DNA from: Escherichia coli
GTDB taxonomy: Bacteria; Pseudomonadota; Gammaproteobacteria; Enterobacterales; Enterobacteriaceae
DNA: 64,000 bases
Assembly: GCF_003334335.1 (NCBI RefSeq)
Contig: NZ_QOWQ01000011.1
Direction: 5' to 3' (one strand)
Shown: piece after piece, positions 42,268-52,227 of the stretch
How the letters are laid out: every line of letters starts with the position of its first letter
Numbering within the stretch: the first letter of the stretch is position 1
The notes under the pieces: model-generated
What the model was told of the DNA's origin: nothing
Databases searched by the model: none
The model's input: only the letters and a program-made list of their open reading frames with translations
Translations under genes and position numbers: made by a program

Positions 42268-44544
42268 ATGCTCAATCAAGAACTGGAACTCAGTTTAAAT
42301 ATGGCTTTCGCCAGAGCGCGCGAGCACCGTCATGAGTTTATGACCGTCGAGCACTTGTTACTGGCGCTGCTCAGTAACCCATCTGCCCGGGAGGCGCTGG
42401 AAGCGTGTTCTGTGGATTTGGTTGCGCTCCGTCAGGAACTGGAAGCCTTTATTGAACAAACCACACCCGTTCTGCCTGCCAGTGAAGAGGAGCGCGACAC
42501 ACAGCCGACGCTGAGTTTTCAGCGTGTACTGCAACGTGCGGTCTTCCATGTCCAGTCCTCCGGTCGCAATGAGGTTACCGGTGCAAACGTTCTGGTCGCT
42601 ATCTTTAGCGAACAGGAGTCGCAGGCGGCATATCTGTTGCGTAAACATGAAGTCAGCCGTCTCGATGTGGTGAACTTTATCTCTCATGGCACGCGTAAAG
42701 ACGAGCCGACACAGTCTTCTGATCCTGGCAGCCAGCCAAACAGCGAAGAACAAGCTGGTGGGGAGGAACGTATGGAGAATTTCACGACGAACCTGAATCA
42801 GCTTGCGCGCGTGGGCGGAATCGACCCACTGATTGGTCGTGAGAAGGAGCTGGAGCGTGCTATTCAGGTTCTCTGCCGTCGCCGTAAAAACAACCCGCTG
42901 CTGGTGGGGGAATCTGGTGTCGGTAAAACCGCGATTGCGGAAGGTCTTGCCTGGCGAATTGTTCAGGGCGATGTGCCGGAAGTGATGGCTGACTGTACGA
43001 TTTACTCTCTCGATATCGGTTCTCTGTTAGCGGGCACAAAATATCGCGGCGACTTTGAAAAACGTTTTAAAGCGTTGCTCAAGCAGCTGGAGCAGGACAC
43101 TAACAGCATCCTGTTTATTGATGAGATCCACACCATTATCGGTGCGGGTGCAGCGTCTGGTGGTCAGGTCGATGCGGCTAACCTAATCAAACCGTTGCTC
43201 TCCAGCGGTAAAATTCGTGTAATTGGTTCGACAACCTATCAGGAGTTCAGCAACATTTTCGAGAAAGACCGTGCTCTGGCGCGTCGCTTCCAGAAAATTG
43301 ATATTACTGAACCGTCGATCGAAGAAACTGTTCAAATCATCAATGGCCTGAAACCGAAGTATGAAGCGCACCACGACGTGCGTTATACCGCAAAAGCGGT
43401 GCGTGCGGCGGTAGAGCTGGCGGTGAAATACATTAACGATCGTCATCTGCCGGATAAAGCCATTGATGTTATCGACGAAGCGGGCGCTCGCGCACGCCTG
43501 ATGCCGGTAAGCAAACGCAAGAAAACCGTTAATGTGGCGGATATTGAGTCCGTGGTGGCCCGTATTGCACGCATTCCAGAGAAGAGTGTTTCTCAGAGTG
43601 ATCGTGATACCCTGAAAAACCTCGGCGATCGCTTGAAAATGCTGGTCTTCGGTCAGGATAAAGCCATTGAGGCGCTGACTGAAGCCATTAAGATGGCGCG
43701 TGCAGGTTTAGGTCACGAACATAAACCGGTTGGTTCGTTCCTGTTTGCCGGCCCTACCGGGGTCGGGAAAACAGAGGTGACGGTACAGCTTTCGAAAGCT
43801 TTGGGCATTGAGCTTCTGCGCTTTGATATGTCCGAGTATATGGAACGCCATACCGTCAGCCGTCTTATTGGTGCGCCTCCGGGATACGTTGGTTTTGATC
43901 AGGGCGGTTTGCTGACTGATGCGGTCATCAAGCATCCACATGCGGTGCTGCTGCTGGACGAAATCGAGAAAGCGCACCCGGACGTGTTCAATATTCTGTT
44001 GCAGGTGATGGATAACGGTACGCTGACCGATAACAACGGACGCAAAGCAGACTTCCGTAACGTGGTGCTGGTGATGACCACCAACGCCGGGGTACGGGAA
44101 ACTGAGCGCAAATCCATTGGTCTTATCCACCAGGATAACAGCACCGATGCGATGGAAGAGATCAAGAAGATCTTTACACCGGAATTCCGTAACCGTCTCG
44201 ACAACATTATCTGGTTTGATCATCTGTCAACCGACGTGATCCATCAGGTGGTGGATAAATTCATCGTCGAGTTGCAGGTTCAGCTGGATCAGAAAGGTGT
44301 TTCTCTGGAAGTGAGCCAGGAAGCGCGTAACTGGCTGGCCGAGAAAGGTTACGACCGGGCAATGGGCGCTCGTCCGATGGCGCGTGTCATCCAGGACAAC
44401 CTGAAAAAACCGCTCGCCAACGAACTGCTGTTTGGTTCGCTGGTGGACGGCGGTCAGGTCACCGTCGCGCTGGATAAAGAGAAAAATGAGCTGACTTACG
44501 GATTCCAGAGTGCACAAAAGCACAAGGCGGAAGCAGCGCATTAA
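42268..44544 (+). CDS. clpA: ATP-dependent Clp protease ATP-binding subunit ClpA, 758 aa
   Basis: ATG at 42268 gives [14 protein letters not shown]; two AAA+ modules with Walker A GESGVGKT and GPTGVGKT. Confidence 0.92.
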   Translation: MLNQELELSLNMAFARAREHRHEFMTVEHLLLALLSNPSAREALEACSVDLVALRQELEAFIEQTTPVLPASEEERDTQPTLSFQRVLQRAVFHVQSSGRNEVTGANVLVAIFSEQESQAAYLLRKHEVSRLDVVNFISHGTRKDEPTQSSDPGSQPNSEEQAGGEERMENFTTNLNQLARVGGIDPLIGREKELERAIQVLCRRRKNNPLLVGESGVGKTAIAEGLAWRIVQGDVPEVMADCTIYSLDIGSLLAGTKYRGDFEKRFKALLKQLEQDTNSILFIDEIHTIIGAGAASGGQVDAANLIKPLLSSGKIRVIGSTTYQEFSNIFEKDRALARRFQKIDITEPSIEETVQIINGLKPKYEAHHDVRYTAKAVRAAVELAVKYINDRHLPDKAIDVIDEAGARARLMPVSKRKKTVNVADIESVVARIARIPEKSVSQSDRDTLKNLGDRLKMLVFGQDKAIEALTEAIKMARAGLGHEHKPVGSFLFAGPTGVGKTEVTVQLSKALGIELLRFDMSEYMERHTVSRLIGAPPGYVGFDQGGLLTDAVIKHPHAVLLLDEIEKAHPDVFNILLQVMDNGTLTDNNGRKADFRNVVLVMTTNAGVRETERKSIGLIHQDNSTDAMEEIKKIFTPEFRNRLDNIIWFDHLSTDVIHQVVDKFIVELQVQLDQKGVSLEVSQEARNWLAEKGYDRAMGARPMARVIQDNLKKPLANELLFGSLVDGGQVTVALDKEKNELTYGFQSAQKHKAEAAH

Positions 44545-44568
44545 TCTGATTGTTAGGTAGGTTGGTCA

Positions 44569-44605
44569 AGTCCGTAATCTCGAAAGAGGTTACGGACTTT
44601 TTGTT
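44569..44605 (+). terminator. Intrinsic terminator of clpA
   Basis: GTCCGTAATCTC-GAAA-GAGGTTACGGAC hairpin followed by TTTTTGTTT. Confidence 0.8.
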
Positions 44606-44756
44606 TATGGGGTGGAGGAGGTTCAGACCCTTTTTTTAATGATGATGGTAAGTTGTTGATAATTAGTGCTGCGGGAAGGTAAGGATAAAAAAGGGTGCTG
44701 CAGGAGAATGGGATGGTTTTGCTTTATTAACAACGGGCTAAACGTGTAGTATTTGA

Positions 44757-44844
44757 GTTCACTGCCGTACAGGCAGCTTAGAAATTCACAGGTAACATAC
44801 TCCACCCGCCCACCATGTTCACTGCCGTACAGACAGATAAAATG
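44757..44844 (+). CRISPR. Orphan type I-F CRISPR remnant: two repeats and one spacer, no cas genes
   Basis: Repeat 1 at 44757-44784 is GTTCACTGCCGTACAGGCAGCTTAGAAA (I-F consensus); 32-bp spacer at 44785-44816 is TTCACAGGTAACATACTCCACCCGCCCACCAT; repeat 2 at 44817-44844 is GTTCACTGCCGTACAGACAGATAAAATG (degenerate terminal repeat); AT-rich leader-like sequence at 44606-44756. Confidence 0.85.
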
Positions 44845-44874
44845 CGAAAAAAAAGCTCGCACTTTCGTACGAGC
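44845..44874 (-). terminator. Intrinsic terminator of serW
   Basis: Hairpin AGCTCG-N10-CGAGCT followed on the minus strand by a T8 run, just 3' of the tRNA. Confidence 0.7.
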
Positions 44875-44887
44875 TCTTCTTTAAATA

Positions 44888-44975
44888 TGGCGGTGAGGGG
44901 GGGATTCGAACCCCCGATACGTTGCCGTATACACACTTTCCAGGCGTGCTCCTTCAGCCACTCGGACACCTCACC
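44888..44975 (-). tRNA. serW: tRNA-Ser (anticodon GGA)
   Basis: Minus strand reads GGTGAGGTGTCCGAGTGGCTGAAGGAGCACGCCTGGAAAGTGTG...GGTTCGAATCCCCCCCTCACCGCCA: 88 nt, long variable arm, encoded CCA end. Confidence 0.95.
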
Positions 44976-45167
44976 AAATTGTTTTGCTACCAAACCTCAT
45001 GGGTGGCAACGGGGCGCTACTATAGGGAGTTGGAGTAAAACGGTCAAGAAGAATTTTAATGATAATTATTGTTTGCTCATACTGTAAACAAGTTGTGCAG
45101 TATATCTACATCGAGACAAGTTACGGACTTATACTTCCAAAGTACTTCATACATATCACAAAATAAA

Positions 45168-45190
45168 AAGGCCGGTTAAACCGACCTTTT
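45168..45190 (-). terminator. Intrinsic terminator of infA
   Basis: GGCCGGTT-AA-ACCGACC hairpin flanked by an A-run and a T-run. Confidence 0.6.
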
Positions 45191-45228
45191 ACTCGTTCTT
45201 TCTCTTCGCCCATCAGGCGGTAAAACAA

Positions 45229-45450
<222 letters not shown>

Positions 45451-45731
45451 ATCCTCTGGGGTATCACTACCGTAATTTGAACCGGCAAGATAATGCCGAA
45501 GTTCTGTAAATAAGTAAAGATTTGCGCGCTAAATCGCAACAAACAGGTTCGGCACATTACTCCGAAAACACACGGCTAAGCCGCACCAAAAGCGCAACGT
45601 ATAAGGGAGCGGTGAGATAAACGATGGGCGTTACCTGACGCGAAAAATTCCTTATCGGCAGCGGGGTAATGAGCGTAACCAACTCTGCGACCGCAATTAT
45701 AACACTCTGGGGAGAAATGTGCCGAAAACAT

Positions 45732-46436
45732 TCATTCTTGTGGTGAAAACAAGCATCGTGGTACCCAGAAATTATTCGGCAATCGTCCGAGGCGCATTTG
45801 ATTGAGATAATTAAGGTAATCCCGGCGGGGAATTTCGCAGGCACCAAGCGATGCTGTGTGATCGTTAAGGACCTGGCAGTCGATAAGCTTACCGCCATGA
45901 CCGATAAATTCCTCACAGAATACCAGAAGCGCCGTTTTAGACGCATTTTCCATCCGGCTGAACATGGACTCGCCACAAAATAGCGTTCCCTGGGCCACGC
46001 CGTACATACCGCCGACAAGCTCATCTTCACGCCAGACTTCAATGGAGTGGGCATGGCCGAGTTCGTGAAGGCGATGGTAGGCTTCGACCACGCCACGCGT
46101 GATCCAGGTTCCTTCTTCGCGATCGCTGGCACAGCCTTCAATGACCTGACCAAAAGCGTAATTCATCGTGACACGATAGGGCGAGCGTTTATGAAATCGC
46201 TTCATACTACGGCTGATATGCAGTGATTCTGGCCATAGCACCGCGCGGGGATCGGGCGACCACCAGAGGATGGGGTCGCCTGGAGAAAACCACGGAAAAA
46301 TACCACGCTGGTAAGCCATTAACAGGCGCGCAGGGCTAAGATCGCCCCCAAGTGCCAGCAGGCCGTTAGGCTCACGTAATGCGCCTTCCGGGGAAGGGAA
46401 GGCTATTGAATGGCGAGAAAGCTGAACCAGGCGCAT
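45732..46436 (-). CDS. aat: Leucyl/phenylalanyl-tRNA--protein transferase, 234 aa
   Basis: 234-aa ORF; matches recalled Aat; upstream of infA. Confidence 0.9.
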
Positions 46437-46477
46437 GACCGCAAAACTCCACGCAAGTCGGATCGTTCAATAATAGC

Positions 46478-48199
46478 TTACAAACCCTGCTTGAACTGGT
46501 AATAACGCCCCTGTCTGGCAAGCAGTTCTGCGTGAGTACCTTGCTCAATAATTTGCCCGTTGTCCATCACTATTATTTGTTGGAAACGAGAGAGTCCGCG
46601 AAGTCGATGGGTGACCATTAACACCGTTTTCTCACGCATCATTTCTGCAAGCAATTCAAGGATCTGGCTTTCGGTTGTGGCATCTAAGCCTTCGGTAGGT
46701 TCATCCAGCAACACCAGTGGCGCATCATGTAACAGCGCACGGGCGATAGCCAGACGGCGCAGTTCACCACCGGAGAGCTGGCGTCCGCCTTCACCTAACC
46801 AACTGTTGAGACCTGCATCCTCGAGCAGCTTTTCCAGGCCAACGCGACGCAAGATCTCCGACAGAGCCTCATCACTACTGCCAGGCGAGGCGAGTAAAAG
46901 ATTATCACGCAGCGTGGCGCTAAACAGATGCACTCGCTGAGGAACAACGCTGATGGTCTGTCGTAGAGCCGCTTCATTCAGGCTGGCTATGGGGCTATCG
47001 TTAAGCAAAATCTCGCCCTGTTGCGGGTCCCATGCGCGGGTCAGCAGTTGTAACAGTGTTGATTTGCCGCATCCGGTTCGCCCGAGAATCGCTATATGTT
47101 CCCCGGCGTTTACCTGAAGAGAAATCCCTTTAAGTGCCTGTTGAGATTGCTCCGGATAAGTGAACTGAACATCCCGTAACGTCAGCGAAACGCGATCGGC
47201 AACACGAGTTTGGGTATCAGGAAAGGTGACCTCCGGTTTTTGATCCGTTAAGTCAGAGATACGTACGGCAGAGGCAATGACTTGCCCCAGATGCTGAAAT
47301 GCACCCGTTACTGGTGCCAGTGCTTCAAACGCGGCTAACGCGCAGAAGACAAACAGGGCAATTAACGCGCCGGGTTGAGCATTGCCGCCAACGCCGCCAG
47401 ACGCCATCCACAGCATCAGGATCACCGCTAACGCGCCAATGAGCAGCATTATCGCTTGCGACAATGCGGTCAGTTCAGATTGACGGCGTTGCGCTTCCAG
47501 CCATTGAATTTCTGTATTCTCTAGTTGCGTGCGATAACGATCGCTGGCACCAAAAATGGTCAGCTCAGCTTGCCCTTGCAGCCAGGCCGTCAGTTGTTGG
47601 CGATACTGTCCGCGAAGATGAGTCAGATTTTGCCCGGTGCTTTTTCCCGCACGATAAAACAGCGGTGGCATCAGGAAAAGCGTCAGTAACATAATGCCGC
47701 CCAGCGTAAAGGCGAGGGTGAAATCAAGGAAACTTAACCCGATTGTCACCACCATAATCACCACAAAAGCGCCCACCAGCGGCGAGATAACGCGCAGGTA
47801 AAGATGATCGAGCGTATCAACATCCGCCACCACGCGATTGAGCAATTCGCCCTGACGATAGCGCGCCAGTCCGGCAGGGGAGAGGGGCAGCAATTTGCTG
47901 AAGGTGTAAATGCGCAGATGCTGCAACACGCGGAAAGTCGCGTCGTGACTTACCAGACGTTCAAAATAGCGCCCGGCAGTACGGGTGATTGCTGCGCCAC
48001 GCACGCCCGCAGCGGGTAGCATATAGTTGAAGCTGTACAGTCCGGCAACCCCCGCAACCGCTGAGGCCGAGAGGAACCAGCCGGAAAGTGTCAACAGACC
48101 GATACTGGCGAGCAGCGTCACAATTGCCAGCACAATACCAAGACTTAACATCCATTTATGACGTTTATACAGTGCCAGATAGGGTAGCAAAGCGTGCAT
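46478..48199 (-). CDS. cydC: Cysteine/glutathione ABC exporter CydC (required for cytochrome bd assembly), 573 aa
   Basis: N-terminal 6-TM domain plus C-terminal ABC ATPase (GRTGCGKST, LSGGE); ATG abuts the cydD stop. Confidence 0.92.
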   Translation of the reverse strand: MHALLPYLALYKRHKWMLSLGIVLAIVTLLASIGLLTLSGWFLSASAVAGVAGLYSFNYMLPAAGVRGAAITRTAGRYFERLVSHDATFRVLQHLRIYTFSKLLPLSPAGLARYRQGELLNRVVADVDTLDHLYLRVISPLVGAFVVIMVVTIGLSFLDFTLAFTLGGIMLLTLFLMPPLFYRAGKSTGQNLTHLRGQYRQQLTAWLQGQAELTIFGASDRYRTQLENTEIQWLEAQRRQSELTALSQAIMLLIGALAVILMLWMASGGVGGNAQPGALIALFVFCALAAFEALAPVTGAFQHLGQVIASAVRISDLTDQKPEVTFPDTQTRVADRVSLTLRDVQFTYPEQSQQALKGISLQVNAGEHIAILGRTGCGKSTLLQLLTRAWDPQQGEILLNDSPIASLNEAALRQTISVVPQRVHLFSATLRDNLLLASPGSSDEALSEILRRVGLEKLLEDAGLNSWLGEGGRQLSGGELRRLAIARALLHDAPLVLLDEPTEGLDATTESQILELLAEMMREKTVLMVTHRLRGLSRFQQIIVMDNGQIIEQGTHAELLARQGRYYQFKQGL

Positions 48200-49966
48200 T
48201 TAAATCTCCTCCTGACGATGGGCCAGTAATGTGGCGAATGGGCCACCAGCCACACTTAATTCCGCGTAACGTCCTTGCTCAATAATCCGGCCATCCTGCA
48301 TAACCCAAATGACATCCCAGTCAGCAAGATCTTCTAACTGGTGGGTGACCATTAACGTTGTCTGGCGCAGAGAGGCGGCATTCAGCGCCTCCATTACGCG
48401 CTGTTCACTGTGAGCATCAAGGCTGGCAGCGGGTTCATCCAACAGTAATAGCGAACAGGGATTTAGTAACGCACGGGCCACCGCCACGCGCTGCGCCTGC
48501 CCCACGGAAAGGCGGGCAGCCTGGTCGCCAACAGGCGTATCAACGCCTTGTGGGAGGAGCGGTAGAAACTCGCTGACCCAGGCGTTATCCAGCGCTGCTT
48601 GTAATTCTTGTTCGCTGGCATCAGGTCGCGCCAGTAGTACGTTATCCCGCAATGTTGCTGCCGGTAATTGTGGGTTTTGCCCAACCCAGGAGAGATGTTT
48701 ACGCCATGATTCTGGTGATAAATCGCGTAATTCTATCCCGTTGATTCGTAGCGATCCCTGATATGAGAGAAAACCAGAAAGCGCGTTCAGCAGTGAGCTT
48801 TTACCTGAACCGCTGCGACCAACCAACACCGCACGTTGGCCTGCTGGCAAAGTAAAGTTCAGCGGTCCGGCCAGCGTTTTACCTTCCGGCGACGTGATAA
48901 ACAGCTCCTCGGCCTCAATGGTCACCGGATCGGTCGATGCTAATTCCGCCTCACCACGTTGCGGATGGGCGAGCGGGGTTTCCATAAACGTTTTCAGACT
49001 GTCAGCTGCGCCAACAGCCTGGGCTTTAGCATGATAAAACGTACCGAGATCGCGTAATGGCTGGAAAAACTCTGGCGCAAGGATCAGGGCCAGAAAACCC
49101 GCAGCCAGCGTCACACCGGTATCGTAGTGACCAAAATCCAGCTCGCCGAGATAGGAAAAACCAAAGTAGACCGCCACCAGAGCAATTGACAGCGAGGTAA
49201 AAAATTCGAGAATGCCGGAGGATAAAAACGCCAGCCGTAGCACTTCCATTGTCCGTTGGCGGAAATCTTCCGAAGCAGAACGAATACTTTCAATTTCAGC
49301 TTCACCACGACCAAAAATACGCAATGTTTCCATGCCGCGCAGGCGATCGAGGAAATGCCCACTTAAGCGAGCAAGAGCGAGAAAGTTACGTCGGTTAGCA
49401 TCGGCAGCCCCCATTCCAACCAGCGCCATAAACAACGGAATTAACGGTGCAGTGCCCAGCAGAATGAGCGCCGCAGCCCAGTTAGAGGGGAAGATTGCCA
49501 CCACAATCAGCAACGGCACCGACACTGCCAGCGCCATTTGCGGCAGATAGCGTGCATAGTAATCATGCATATCGTCAATTTGCTCGAGTACCAGCGTCGC
49601 CCAGCTCCCCGCAGGTTTACCCTGAATCCACGCTGGCCCTGCTTGTTGCAGACGGTCGAGAACCTGACGGCGGATGGCAAAGCGGATATGCTGCCCGGCG
49701 TGATAACCCACCCGTTCGCGTAACCAGACCACCCATGCGCGCAGTACAAAGGTCAGAACCAGTAACGTAAAGGGAAGCAGCAGGGCTTCACGGGGAATAT
49801 TCTCCATAATCATATGTTGCAGAATTCGCGCCATGAACCAGGCCTGGGCAATGATCAATATGCCGCTCACAAAGCCCAGCAGACGAGAAATATTCAGCCA
49901 ACGTTGGGAGATGACGCTTTGCTGTTTTAACCAGCGGGTTAACTCTTTTTGACGAGATTTATTCAT
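48200..49966 (-). CDS. cydD: Cysteine/glutathione ABC exporter CydD, 588 aa
   Basis: TMD plus ABC ATPase (GRSGSGKSS, LSVGQAQRV). Confidence 0.92.
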   Translation of the reverse strand: MNKSRQKELTRWLKQQSVISQRWLNISRLLGFVSGILIIAQAWFMARILQHMIMENIPREALLLPFTLLVLTFVLRAWVVWLRERVGYHAGQHIRFAIRRQVLDRLQQAGPAWIQGKPAGSWATLVLEQIDDMHDYYARYLPQMALAVSVPLLIVVAIFPSNWAAALILLGTAPLIPLFMALVGMGAADANRRNFLALARLSGHFLDRLRGMETLRIFGRGEAEIESIRSASEDFRQRTMEVLRLAFLSSGILEFFTSLSIALVAVYFGFSYLGELDFGHYDTGVTLAAGFLALILAPEFFQPLRDLGTFYHAKAQAVGAADSLKTFMETPLAHPQRGEAELASTDPVTIEAEELFITSPEGKTLAGPLNFTLPAGQRAVLVGRSGSGKSSLLNALSGFLSYQGSLRINGIELRDLSPESWRKHLSWVGQNPQLPAATLRDNVLLARPDASEQELQAALDNAWVSEFLPLLPQGVDTPVGDQAARLSVGQAQRVAVARALLNPCSLLLLDEPAASLDAHSEQRVMEALNAASLRQTTLMVTHQLEDLADWDVIWVMQDGRIIEQGRYAELSVAGGPFATLLAHRQEEI

Positions 49967-50088
49967 TGCACGCTTAGCAGGTGAGTTATCAGAATTATTT
50001 GCAGAGCAATGTTACAACGGGGAAAAAATAAAGGCGACCCATAGTCGCATGGTGTCGCCTTCTTTACTTTTGTTACTGATTTGTAAAA

Positions 50089-51171
<1,083 letters not shown>

Positions 51172-51598
51172 TCAAATTCTCCCGTCATTATCACCTCTGC
51201 TACTTAAATTTCCCGCTTTATAAGCCGATTAAATGATGAATAAACGCCCCTGTTAATGAATATCTGGCATGTTGTACTAAAAATCGATGTTTTGCTTTGA
51301 CAATCCCCTGGTGTTTTGCGAAAACATTCGAGGAAGAAAAAAAACAGTATTCTTATATGCGCATAACCATGCATGTAAATACCATGTTTACCGTGCTAGT
51401 GAAATCTACGTATGGCGTGGACAGACGCCATTCGTGATGTCGATAGCTGCCACAAGGCAACGGTCTTCTCACCGTAGACCCAGGCATTGCGCGCCGTGAA
51501 TCTTCATGATTTCGGTCTATCGTGACGGGTAGCGACTCTGAACAGTGATGTTTCAGGGTCAGACAGGAGTAGGGAAGGAATACAGAGAGACAATAATA

Positions 51599-52093
51599 AT
51601 GGTAGATAGCAAGAAGCGCCCTGGCAAAGATCTCGACCGTATCGATCGTAACATTCTTAATGAGTTGCAAAAGGATGGGCGTATTTCTAACGTCGAGCTT
51701 TCTAAACGTGTGGGACTTTCCCCAACGCCGTGCCTTGAGCGTGTGCGTCGGCTGGAAAGACAAGGGTTTATTCAGGGCTATACGGCGCTGCTTAACCCCC
51801 ATTATCTGGATGCATCACTTCTGGTATTCGTTGAGATTACTCTGAATCGTGGCGCACCGGATGTGTTTGAACAATTCAATACCGCTGTACAAAAACTTGA
51901 AGAAATTCAGGAGTGTCATTTAGTATCCGGTGATTTCGACTACCTGTTGAAAACACGCGTGCCGGATATGTCAGCCTACCGTAAGTTGCTGGGGGAAACC
52001 CTGCTGCGTCTGCCTGGCGTCAATGACACACGGACATACGTTGTTATGGAAGAAGTCAAGCAGAGTAATCGTCTGGTTATTAAGACGCGCTAA
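51599..52093 (+). CDS. lrp: Leucine-responsive regulatory protein Lrp, 164 aa
   Basis: ATG at 51599 gives MVDSKKRPGKDLDRIDRNILNELQKDGRISN; AsnC-type HTH plus RAM domain. Confidence 0.95.
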   Translation: MVDSKKRPGKDLDRIDRNILNELQKDGRISNVELSKRVGLSPTPCLERVRRLERQGFIQGYTALLNPHYLDASLLVFVEITLNRGAPDVFEQFNTAVQKLEEIQECHLVSGDFDYLLKTRVPDMSAYRKLLGETLLRLPGVNDTRTYVVMEEVKQSNRLVIKTR

Positions 52094-52133
52094 CACGGAA
52101 CAGGTGCAAAATCGGCGTATTTTGATTACACTC

Positions 52134-52149
52134 CTGTTAATCCATACAG
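52134..52149 (+). promoter_or_regulatory. Candidate LexA box (SOS box) upstream of ftsK
   Basis: CTGT-TAATCCAT-ACAG fits CTGT-N8-ACAG; about 80 bp upstream of the ftsK start; ftsK is known to have an SOS-inducible promoter (dinH). Confidence 0.5.
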
Positions 52150-52227
52150 CAACAGTACTGGGGTAACCTGGTACTGTTGTCCGTTTTAGCATCGGGCAGG
52201 AAAAGCCTGTAACCTGGAGAGCCTTTC

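Noticed and set aside
45557-46153. 198-aa ORF overlapping aat in another frame
   Set aside because: Same strand as aat but out of frame and almost entirely contained within it; no independent start signal; aat identity is well supported.
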